A stretch of DNA of 64,000 bases from Candidatus Latescibacterota bacterium (GTDB lineage: Bacteria; Latescibacterota; UBA2968; UBA8231): assembly GCA_965206595.1 (NCBI GenBank), contig OZ242214.1, positions 3,488,001 to 3,552,000 of the forward strand. The letters are read 5' to 3'. The translations under genes were made by a program, and so were the position numbers. The notes beneath the pieces are model-generated. The model saw only the letters and a program-made list of their open reading frames with translations, was not told the origin of the DNA and ran no database searches. This document shows, one piece after another, positions 49,241 to 57,780 of the stretch. Every line of letters starts with the position of its first letter. Within the stretch, counting starts at the first letter, position 1.

Positions 49241-51772
49241 CTACATGCCCGGTTCGCGGTGCGCCAGCCGCTGCAGGATCTCCCTGGCGTTGCGTTCCCC
49301 CGGATCGACGAGCAGGGCCCGGCGCAGCTCGTTTCTGGCGGCCCCCCATTTCTCCTGCACCAGGGCGACCACCCCGAGGAGCATGTGGCGCCGCGCTGCG
49401 AAGCGCCGGTCGAGCTGCTTCGCCGTCTCCACGTCGACGCCGGCCAGGTACGGGACAATGCTCGCCGTCAGGTGCGCCGAGACGCTGCGAAGCGCCGGCA
49501 GCCCCCGGCTGGTCCCCTTGCGCTTGCGCTCGGAGAAACTGATGTAGGGACGGTCGTCGGTGTTGGTGTAACCGGTGCCCGCATAGGCGGCCAGCCCCGC
49601 CTCCCCGAGGGCAAAGGTGCTGAGCAGTGAGACAGCGTCGTCCAGGAAGACCTCGTCCAGCTGCCGGCTGATCGATGCTTCGCGCAGCCTGGCCTTCAGC
49701 TGTTCGACATCGATGTGCAATCTTTCCGGGGTGGCGAGCATCACCGCGTAGCTCCGCGTCAGCCACAGGGAGGCGTGCGGAAACACCGTCCTGAAGGTGC
49801 GCAGGATCATCTTGAAATCGGCCACCGTGAGGCCGTGCAGTGGCAGCCACTGGGCGACGATCCCCCCGGGGTTCAGCCGTTGCCGGCACAGCCGGTAGAA
49901 CTCCTCCGTGTACAGCACCCAGCTGTCCGCGGTGCCGGGATGGGTGGCGTCGCCGATGACCAGGTCGTACGTGCGCCCGCTACGCAGCACGTGGTTGCGG
50001 CCGTCCCCGGGAATCAGCTCGAGAACCCCCTGCCCGAAACGCTCGTAGATTTCGTTGTTGTGGTCGGCGAAGTGAATCCCGGCTTCCACTACCGCGGGCA
50101 CCACCTCGACGCATTCGATACGCCGGGGTCGGTATCCCTCCACCGTTGCCAGGGTGATGCCACCGCCGAAGGCGATGACGAGGACCTCCTCCGGGTGCGG
50201 GTGAACGACCATCGGCAGGGTTCCGAGAAGGCGGAAGGTTTGCAGCGAGGAGAAATCCGTAGGCACCTCCCCCCCGCCGTTGATCTTCAGTATCCGGTAG
50301 CCGCCGTCCGCCGCGTGCACGCTGACGGTACCTGCGGCGTCTTCGTCGAAATGGACCATCCGGGTGTTGCCGTGACTCCAGGCCAACATCTCCTCCATCA
50401 GGTTCCCGGGCATCGCCACCTTCCACAGCAGCAAGACCCCACCGGCCAGGACCACGGGCACGCACTTGCGTAGCCGGGCGGCGGCACTCCACCAGACGAG
50501 GAGCAGGCCGGCGGCGAGGTTGACCAGCGCCAGAAACTCGACCGACGCCTGGGTTCCGAGCAGCGGGATGAGCACGAAGCCGGCAGCGAAGGCCCCCATG
50601 ATCGCGCCGGCCGTGTTGACGGCGTAGATGTCGCCGACCTCGGTACCGACAGCCCCGAGCCTCCGCACCCGGATCCTGCCGACAAGGGGAAACAGGAACC
50701 CCATCATGAACGTCGGGACGAACATCACCGCTGCCGCGGCGATGAACAGCATGGCGATGTGAGCCTCCCACACCGGCCTTGGGAAGGCGACCATCAGCCT
50801 CGGCAGGCCGGCGACCGCCGCTACCGAAACGACGCCGAAAACCCCGAGAAGCAGTTCGACGACCCCGAAGGCGTACACCCTGTCGCGCAGGCGGTCGGCC
50901 CAGCGCGCCCCGGCCGCGGAACCCGCGGCGATTCCGGCCAGGAAGGTTACGACGATGGTGCTCAGGGTCTGCACCGTGGCGCTCGTCAGCGCCGTCTGCA
51001 GCAACCGGGTCCAGACCACCTCGTAGCCCAGTGCCGCAAACCCCGAAAGGGCGAACACCGCTGGAACAGCAATCTCCAGACGCCGCGGAAGGGGATCCGC
51101 GGAAGACACGAGGTCCGGCTGGCCGGGAGCTTGCGGTTGACTCCCCGTTCCGGCCGCCCGCTCGATCAGCAAGGCCGCAGCGGCAATGGCGAGATTGGCG
51201 GCCGCGGCGGCGAACACCGTTCCGCGTACCCCCAGGTGCTCCATGAGGAAAAAGGCCGCGGCGAAACAGCCGAGAGCCGCACCGGCGGTGTTGATGCTGT
51301 AGAGGGACCCCAGTTGCCAGCCGGCCGCGGAGAGGTGGCGCACGGCGAAACGGCAGAGGGCCGGAAGGGTACCGCCCATCAGGATCGTCGGTGGAAGCAG
51401 GACCAGAAAGCTCAGGGCGAAGCGCGCCAGCGCGAACAGCCAGGGCCTGCCCTCGAGCAGCTGGTAGAGGGCCGTGTGCACGTCGTCGAGGCCGCTCAGA
51501 ATCCACGGGAACGCCAGCGAGAAGAGACCAATTCCGAGCTCAAGCAGGGCGTAAATCCGCAGGCCGCGGCCGCGGCTGTCGGCGACGCGTCCGAACAGGG
51601 CGCTGCCCAGGGCCAGCCCGGCCATGAATGCGGTGAGAACGGTGCTGACGGCAAAGACGCTGACTCCGAAGACGATGATCAGCATGCGCACCCAGACCAC
51701 CTGGTACACGAGGGTGCAGGCCCCCGAGAGAAAGAAAAGGGCGGCGACCAGCAACGGGGTCTTCGAATTCAC
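49241..51772 (-). CDS. fused MFS-like / spermidine synthase-like protein
   Basis: FFLSG..LVYQVVW.R, LMGGTLP, YSINTAGA, LGYEVVWTR, VLVIAFGGG, GDGR, YDLVIGD, LYTEEFY, AQWLP. Start uncertain (GTG 51772 used). Confidence 0.85.
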   Translation of the reverse strand: MNSKTPLLVAALFFLSGACTLVYQVVWVRMLIIVFGVSVFAVSTVLTAFMAGLALGSALFGRVADSRGRGLRIYALLELGIGLFSLAFPWILSGLDDVHTALYQLLEGRPWLFALARFALSFLVLLPPTILMGGTLPALCRFAVRHLSAAGWQLGSLYSINTAGAALGCFAAAFFLMEHLGVRGTVFAAAAANLAIAAAALLIERAAGTGSQPQAPGQPDLVSSADPLPRRLEIAVPAVFALSGFAALGYEVVWTRLLQTALTSATVQTLSTIVVTFLAGIAAGSAAGARWADRLRDRVYAFGVVELLLGVFGVVSVAAVAGLPRLMVAFPRPVWEAHIAMLFIAAAAVMFVPTFMMGFLFPLVGRIRVRRLGAVGTEVGDIYAVNTAGAIMGAFAAGFVLIPLLGTQASVEFLALVNLAAGLLLVWWSAAARLRKCVPVVLAGGVLLLWKVAMPGNLMEEMLAWSHGNTRMVHFDEDAAGTVSVHAADGGYRILKINGGGEVPTDFSSLQTFRLLGTLPMVVHPHPEEVLVIAFGGGITLATVEGYRPRRIECVEVVPAVVEAGIHFADHNNEIYERFGQGVLELIPGDGRNHVLRSGRTYDLVIGDATHPGTADSWVLYTEEFYRLCRQRLNPGGIVAQWLPLHGLTVADFKMILRTFRTVFPHASLWLTRSYAVMLATPERLHIDVEQLKARLREASISRQLDEVFLDDAVSLLSTFALGEAGLAAYAGTGYTNTDDRPYISFSERKRKGTSRGLPALRSVSAHLTASIVPYLAGVDVETAKQLDRRFAARRHMLLGVVALVQEKWGAARNELRRALLVDPGERNAREILQRLAHREPGM

Positions 51773-51938
51773 CGGCTGTTGCCGATTGCGGACAGGTTCA
51801 GGGAGCGACAGGTGCTCCCGCGGCGGTCCCGCGCTCGGACGCGGCATAGCCCGACTCTCGCATCCTCTGCCTGGGGGTGATGGCGCAGGCAGGGGCGGCA
51901 ACCCCGACCGCTGGCTGATGGGCGTGCATTCATCCTGG

Positions 51939-53687
51939 TCAACGCCGAAACGGGGCGCTCTCCTCGATTCCCGCCCCTTCGCGAACGAGGTAGTAGGCCC
52001 CCGTCGCGAGCCCCCGAACTTCCTCTGCCTTGCCGCTGGGCCAGCGGATCGCGACCCGATCTACCGCACCGTCCCCGGGAAGCCCGATGCGCAGGCGCGG
52101 ATCCTGGCTCGCCAGGTAGGAGGATCCGGCGTGGACCTCGCGCAGCAGTCTGCGCCCCCCGGTTTCGATCAGCACCCGTGCGCCAAAGGCGTCGCGGTTC
52201 GACCCGGGTGGGGAGCCCTCCAGGCGCAGGCCGAGGGAGGGGCGCTCCTGTCCAACCATGTTCTCGAGGAGCGACGCCTGCGAGCCGTTGTTGTTGATGA
52301 CGAGATCGTCGTCTCCGTCTCCGTCGATGTCGGCGGCGGCGAGGCCGCGGCCGGCGCGCCTGGGAAGCTCGTCTCCACCCCGCGAAGCCAGGACCTCGCG
52401 AAAGCTGCCGCCGGTGTTTTCGAACAGCAGGTCGTCCTGCTCGAAGGAACTGCCTTCCTTGACGAGCGCGATATTGTCGATGACGTGGCCGTTGGCGACG
52501 AACAGGTCGAGGTCGCTGTCGAGGTCGAAGTCGAGGAAGCAGGTCCCGAAGCCGACGTAGGCGAGGGTCGCGGCCCCCAGGCCGCTGCCGTAGCTGACCT
52601 CCATGGCCGCGGCCCCGCCGTCGTTTCGATACAGGGAGTTGGTCTGGGCTTCGAGGTTGGACACCGTGATGTCGAGGTCGAGATCGCCGTCGTAGTCCCC
52701 CATGTCGGTTCCCATCCCGGCCTCGGCCACGGCGTCGTACCCGAAAGCGACGCCGTAGTAGATCGCCTCCTCCGTGAAGCGGGGGCTGCCTGCTTCCTCC
52801 AGGTGGTTGATGTAGAGGAAGTTGGCGGTGCCGTCGTTGGCGACGTAGAGATCGGGGTCGCCGTCCCCCTCGAAATCCCCGGCGACGACCCCGAGACCCT
52901 TGCCGGAGCAATCGGTGATTCCCAGTTCCCGGGATACGTCTGCGAAACTGCCGCTGCCGTCGTTGCGGAGCAGCCTGTCGCAGATACCCCCGTACGCCTG
53001 CGGCCCGCAGTAGACCTCGACACCCGACCGCTTGCACGGGGTGAAGGTCCCGGGGTCGAAATCGACGTATCCGGCGACGTAGAGATCGAGGTCGCCGTCG
53101 AGGTCGAAATCGAAGAAGGTGGCCGATGTCGACCACCCGGAAATGTCGATCCCCGCAGCCTCCGTGACCTCTTGGAAAACGCCGTCGCCGCGGTTCCTGA
53201 AGAGGAGATCCGCGCCGTAGTTCCCCACGAAGAGATCCGGGCCCCCGTCGTTCTCCACGTCCCCCACTGCCATCCCCATGCCGTACCCCTCGTCGCCGAG
53301 CGCCGCGGCCTCGGTGATGTCGGTGAACGACCCGAATCCGTCGTTGCGGAAAAACCGGTTGCGGGGAGAACCATCAGACTTCGGCGTCCCCGGGAGGGGG
53401 GCACCGTTCAGCAGATAGAGATCGAAATCACCGTCCTGGTCATGATCGAGAAAGCCGGCACCCGAACCCATGATCTCCACGATGTAGCGTTTCCCCGTGA
53501 AACCGGTGAAATGGCGAAATTCGACGCCGCGCTCCTGCGCGACATCGCGAAAAATTACCCTGGGACCGGCTGCCGGCGCTGGCGTCCGCCCGGGGTTGCC
53601 GGCAGCCGTCGTGCCGGACTCCCCGTTGCAGCCCGGGCACGACGCCGCGGCTGCGGCCACGGCGAGAACCCGCAGCCCCCGACCCAT
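51939..53687 (-). CDS. CRTAC1-family FG-GAP protein with ASPIC/UnbV domain, probable lipoprotein
   Basis: DFDLDGDLD repeats, EAGMG, SNRDAFGA, SYLASQ, IGL, RWPSG. Cys after a hydrophobic leader. Confidence 0.9.
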   Translation of the reverse strand: MGRGLRVLAVAAAAASCPGCNGESGTTAAGNPGRTPAPAAGPRVIFRDVAQERGVEFRHFTGFTGKRYIVEIMGSGAGFLDHDQDGDFDLYLLNGAPLPGTPKSDGSPRNRFFRNDGFGSFTDITEAAALGDEGYGMGMAVGDVENDGGPDLFVGNYGADLLFRNRGDGVFQEVTEAAGIDISGWSTSATFFDFDLDGDLDLYVAGYVDFDPGTFTPCKRSGVEVYCGPQAYGGICDRLLRNDGSGSFADVSRELGITDCSGKGLGVVAGDFEGDGDPDLYVANDGTANFLYINHLEEAGSPRFTEEAIYYGVAFGYDAVAEAGMGTDMGDYDGDLDLDITVSNLEAQTNSLYRNDGGAAAMEVSYGSGLGAATLAYVGFGTCFLDFDLDSDLDLFVANGHVIDNIALVKEGSSFEQDDLLFENTGGSFREVLASRGGDELPRRAGRGLAAADIDGDGDDDLVINNNGSQASLLENMVGQERPSLGLRLEGSPPGSNRDAFGARVLIETGGRRLLREVHAGSSYLASQDPRLRIGLPGDGAVDRVAIRWPSGKAEEVRGLATGAYYLVREGAGIEESAPFRR

Positions 53688-53708
53688 CCTCGAACCTGCC
53701 CACCCCAA

Positions 53709-55016
53709 TTATCGCCCCGCCCCGGTCCGCTCGCCCGGGGCCCGTTCCCCGGAAAGCTTGCGGACCAGCGGTCCCACAGCGGGATTGCGCGGGGCGCGGG
53801 TGCGCAGGGTACGCAGCTCGGCCGCGGCTTCGTAGCGGCGGCCCATTGCGAGATAGAGCTCGACAAGCTCGACGCGGGCGGCGTGGTCGCCGGGATCGAC
53901 GGCGATCCGTTCCTTGAGCTTCTGCGACTGCTGTTCCAGGGGAAGCATCTCCTTGAAGCGATCCGCGGCCTCCCGCGCCGCGTCCCGGTCGCCGAGGTGG
54001 CGGAGCGAAATTGCCAGCGCCCGCAACGCGGGAGCGTGCCCGGGGGAGATCTCCAGCGCCTTTTCGAGATGGGTCCTGGCGAGGGAGTGGTCGCCGAGCT
54101 GCTGGGCCGTGAGCCCGCGGTGTCGATGCGCCTCGGCGAGGTGGCGGGGTTCGGCTTCCTCACCCTTGGCGAGCAGGCGCTCGTGGGCTTCGGCGGCGCC
54201 CTCGAACTGGCCGAGCCGGTAGAGCAGCACCCCCAGCTCGAGCAGCAGGAAATCCTCCTCCCTCAGCGCCAGCGCCATCTCGAGAGCCTGGCGCGCTTCC
54301 TCGAGTGCATTGGCCGCCAATGCGTACTCGAAGGTCTTGTAGAGAACATGGGAGTGCCGGGCATCCGCAGGGAAGGCTTCGAGCCGGCGGTAATATCCCC
54401 ACAGCCCCTGCCGGGCGGCCTCGATCCTGCCGCCGAGATAGAACGCCTCGGCGAGCCAGACCCGGCTCGAGTGGTTCCCCGGCTCCAGGTCCACGGCGGT
54501 CTGCAAATCGCGCTGCGCCGCTTCGTAGTCTCCCAGCTGCAGAAAGGTGTGTCCCCGCAGGCGGTAAAAGGTCCCGTTCTCCGGGGCCTTGGCGATCGCC
54601 CGGGAAAACCTCTCGATGGCCGCATCCGGTCTCTGCTCGCGAAGGAGTATGCTTCCGAGGGCGTGATCCAGGCCGGAATCGAGCGGCCGCGGGCTGGCCG
54701 TTTCCGCGGCGAGCAGCAGGAGTTTGGCGCGCTGGAACATCCCCGGCGTTTCGCGGTTGTTCCGCTGCCTTTTTTCGAGCTGCTGCGCCTGTGTGAAGAG
54801 GATCTGACCGAACAGGTAGGTGAGACGGAAATCCCCGGCGTCCTGTCGCATCCCGGCTTCGCAGATTGCGGCCGCCTCTGCGAGCCGCCCCTTCTCGAAC
54901 AGTTCCAGGGCCCGAGCATAACGGCCGCCACTCTCCTCCCCGGAATGGCCCGGGTCGACGTATCCGGCGTCGAGGAGGAAGGCGAGAACGGCGATTGCGA
55001 GCCGGCTATGTCCCAT
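53709..55016 (-). CDS. TPR repeat protein
   Basis: Repeated TPR helices (LDHALG, FYRLRG, LLELGVLLY, AHRHRG). N-terminal hydrophobic leader. Confidence 0.85.
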   Translation of the reverse strand: MGHSRLAIAVLAFLLDAGYVDPGHSGEESGGRYARALELFEKGRLAEAAAICEAGMRQDAGDFRLTYLFGQILFTQAQQLEKRQRNNRETPGMFQRAKLLLLAAETASPRPLDSGLDHALGSILLREQRPDAAIERFSRAIAKAPENGTFYRLRGHTFLQLGDYEAAQRDLQTAVDLEPGNHSSRVWLAEAFYLGGRIEAARQGLWGYYRRLEAFPADARHSHVLYKTFEYALAANALEEARQALEMALALREEDFLLLELGVLLYRLGQFEGAAEAHERLLAKGEEAEPRHLAEAHRHRGLTAQQLGDHSLARTHLEKALEISPGHAPALRALAISLRHLGDRDAAREAADRFKEMLPLEQQSQKLKERIAVDPGDHAARVELVELYLAMGRRYEAAAELRTLRTRAPRNPAVGPLVRKLSGERAPGERTGAGR

Positions 55017-55438
55017 GTGCAGTGTCGATCGGCGTCAACTCCCGCGTGCTTCCTGTTGTCCCTCTGGTTTCGTCCTGACAGTCCCCCGAAAGTAACCTTG
55101 CGATGAAGGTGGGCGAAAGCCGTTCGAAGCCGGAGAGTCTTGCCCGAAGCCTCCCCAACCCCTTTCGTACGGCCGAACCCGAAGCTCGCCGCCGTCGATC
55201 CGGGAAACGAACATCGAGGGGCCGCGTCCGCGACTCCCCCGTACAGCATCCGGTTCTTCACGCCGCGGACCCGAACGCCCGCCCGAGTGCCTGCGCGCAG
55301 CAATTCCGCGTGAATTCGGCCGCCGCTGCACCTGGAGGGGAAAACCCGGTTCAATCCAAACCAGTTCACCGGTGCGGTTTTCCCCTCGATCCCGGCATCG
55401 GTGCCCTCGTTCGTACGCTTACTTACGCGCTCAGGCAC

Positions 55439-56610
55439 TAGTGTCACGTCCCATGAATTAGCTTAAAAAGTCTGGTGATCTTTGCGAGAATCGATTCGGC
55501 CGTCGCCGTCCACACAAACGGGTGTGATTGGGCGTTATAGCGGTCGGTGAATTCCTGAATGTTGGCGACCAGGTCCTTCACCTTCTTGAAGGTCCCACGG
55601 CGGATGGCTTTCTGCGTGAGGATGCCGAACCAGATCTCCACCTGGTTGAGCCAAGAGGCGTAGGTCGGTGTATAGTGAACGTGGTATCGCGGACGCGCTG
55701 CGATCCACCGTTTGACCTTTTCGTGCGTGTGCGTGGCGTAGTTATCTACGACGAGATGGATGTCAAGGTCTTTGGGGACGTTTTGATCTATGTATTTGAG
55801 GAACTGCAGGAATTCCTGGTGCCGATGCCGGGGTTTGCATTGGGTCAGGACTTTGCCCGATGCAATCTCGAGCGCCGCGAACAAGGTCGTGGTGCCGTGC
55901 CGGATATAGCTGTGCGTAACGCCTTCCACATAGCCCAGGCCCAAAGGCAGAATCGGCTGCGTCCGTTCCAGGGCCTGGATCTGGCTCTTCTCGTCGACGC
56001 ATAACACCATGGCCTTGTCCGGAGGGTTCAGGTAGAGGCCTACGATGTCTCTGACTTTGTCCACAAAAAACGGGTCGTTGGACAGCTTGAAGTGCTTCTG
56101 TCGATGCGGCTGCAGACCAAACGCTTTCCATACCCGTTGAACGGTGGACTTGGAGAGGTTGGCCTCGGCGGCGAGGGAACGGCACGTCCAGTGCGTGGCC
56201 CCCTTCGGTGGGTGCTCGAGAGTCGTATGAATCAAAGCGGCGACCTTCTCATCGCTTATCGACCGCGGACCCCCGGGGCGCAGTTCATCGTAGAGCCCCA
56301 TCAGGCCTTGCTCGCAGAAACGACGGCGCCACTTGCCAACCGAAGCGCCCGACAGCCCAAGATGCTGTCCGATCTGTTGATTGGTGAGCCCCTCATCGCT
56401 CATCAAGACGATCTTGGCTCGCCGCACATGCGCATGAGGCAGGCTACGGGAACGGGCCATGGATTCGAGTTGGGCACGAACTTCGTCACTGAGGGTGAGC
56501 GGCTTCAGGGGACGTCCCATTGCCATTAGGTTCCTCCTTGCGGTATCCCTATAGGGGAAACCTAATGAGAAGATCACATTTTTACAAGATATTCCTGGGA
56601 CGGGACACTA
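55439..56610 (-). mobile_element. IS630-family insertion sequence (copy A)
   Basis: Terminal IRs TAGTGTCACGTCCCATGAAT and TAGTGTCCCGTCCCAGGAAT (18/20), TA in CTAG context at both ends. Confidence 0.92.
55444..56526 (-). CDS. IS630 family transposase
   Basis: HTH region, then [24 protein letters not shown] (intact DDE). ATG after AAGGAGG. Confidence 0.95.
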   Translation of the reverse strand: MAMGRPLKPLTLSDEVRAQLESMARSRSLPHAHVRRAKIVLMSDEGLTNQQIGQHLGLSGASVGKWRRRFCEQGLMGLYDELRPGGPRSISDEKVAALIHTTLEHPPKGATHWTCRSLAAEANLSKSTVQRVWKAFGLQPHRQKHFKLSNDPFFVDKVRDIVGLYLNPPDKAMVLCVDEKSQIQALERTQPILPLGLGYVEGVTHSYIRHGTTTLFAALEIASGKVLTQCKPRHRHQEFLQFLKYIDQNVPKDLDIHLVVDNYATHTHEKVKRWIAARPRYHVHYTPTYASWLNQVEIWFGILTQKAIRRGTFKKVKDLVANIQEFTDRYNAQSHPFVWTATAESILAKITRLFKLIHGT

Positions 56611-57779
56611 GTGTTCTGTCGTGTAATTAACTGTACAAACAATTGAAGGTGCCGTAGGTTTCTCTTATCCCCCTTCTGAAAGGAGAGACCTATGGTGACG
56701 GGGCGTCCATTACCGCCGTTAGAGCTGAGTCCGTCGGACCGGGAACGATTGGAATCGATGGCCAAATCCCGGAGCCTTTCCCACGGGTTGGTGCGGCGAG
56801 CCGAGATTATTCTGCTGGCCGCAGAAGGCTGGCCCAATGAAGCCGTCGCCGCCGCCGTGGGTGTGACGCGTGCTACGGTCGGCAAGTGGCGCCGGCGCTT
56901 TCTCGAAAACGGGCTCCAGGGCTTGCATGATGAGCTGCGCTCAGGGGCGCCACGATCGAGTACGGATGAACAGGTAGCCGAGGTGGTATACAAGACCCTG
57001 AAGACCAAGCCCAAAGACGAAACACAGTGGTCGGTGCGCTCCATGGGCGAAGAAACCGGCTTGACCAAGGACGCGGTTCATCGCATTTGGCGCACGTATG
57101 GTTTGCAGCCCCATCGACACAAGCACTTCACGCTTTCCACCGATCCTTTCTTTGTCGACAAAGTACGGGATATCGTCGGCTTGTACCTGAATCCACCCGA
57201 GCACGCCCTGGTGCTGTGCGTCGACGAGAAGAGCCGGATCCAGGCGTTGGAACGAAGTCAGCCCATGCTGCCCCTGGGACTGGGATACGTGGAAGGGATT
57301 ACGCACGATTACAAGCGCCATGGCACCACCACCCTGTTTGCCGCCTTGGACGTAGCCACCGGGGAAGTGATGACCCAGTGCAAGCCCCGTCATCGTCACC
57401 AGGAGTTCCTTCAGTTCCTGCGCCACATCGAGGCCCACGTCCCCGCTGACCTCGATATTCATCTCGTCGTCGACAACTACGCCACGCATAAGCATGCCAA
57501 GGTCAAGCGATGGTTGGCACGGCGTCCCCGATTTCACGTTCACTACACCCCCACCTATGCTTCGTGGCTCAATCAGGTGGAGATCTGGTTCAATATCCTT
57601 ACCCGCCAGGCGGTTCGCCGGGACTCGTTCCGCAAGGTGTCGGAGCTCATCGAGCGCATCGAACGCTACACGGCCAAATGGAACGCCAACGCACACCCTT
57701 TCGTGTGGACGGCTACGGCCGATTCCATCCTCGCGAAAATCAAGAGACTTTGCGAACGAATCTCTGCGACACAACACTA
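56609..57779 (+). mobile_element. IS630-family insertion sequence (copy B, distinct element)
   Basis: IRs TAGTGTTCTGTCG and TAGTGTTGTGTCG. Shares the TA at 56609-56610 with copy A. Confidence 0.92.
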
Positions 57780-57780
57780 G
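56692..57780 (+). CDS. IS630 family transposase
   Basis: [24 protein letters not shown]. Stop TAG is formed by the target TA plus the flanking G. Confidence 0.95.
   Translation: MVTGRPLPPLELSPSDRERLESMAKSRSLSHGLVRRAEIILLAAEGWPNEAVAAAVGVTRATVGKWRRRFLENGLQGLHDELRSGAPRSSTDEQVAEVVYKTLKTKPKDETQWSVRSMGEETGLTKDAVHRIWRTYGLQPHRHKHFTLSTDPFFVDKVRDIVGLYLNPPEHALVLCVDEKSRIQALERSQPMLPLGLGYVEGITHDYKRHGTTTLFAALDVATGEVMTQCKPRHRHQEFLQFLRHIEAHVPADLDIHLVVDNYATHKHAKVKRWLARRPRFHVHYTPTYASWLNQVEIWFNILTRQAVRRDSFRKVSELIERIERYTAKWNANAHPFVWTATADSILAKIKRLCERISATQH

Noticed and set aside
51624-55106. 1160-aa plus-strand ORF (also 57811-60699, 40996-43281, 45-1691, 57510-59897)
   Set aside because: Antisense or off-frame shadows of CRTAC1, TPR and MFS genes, with composition typical of non-coding frames.
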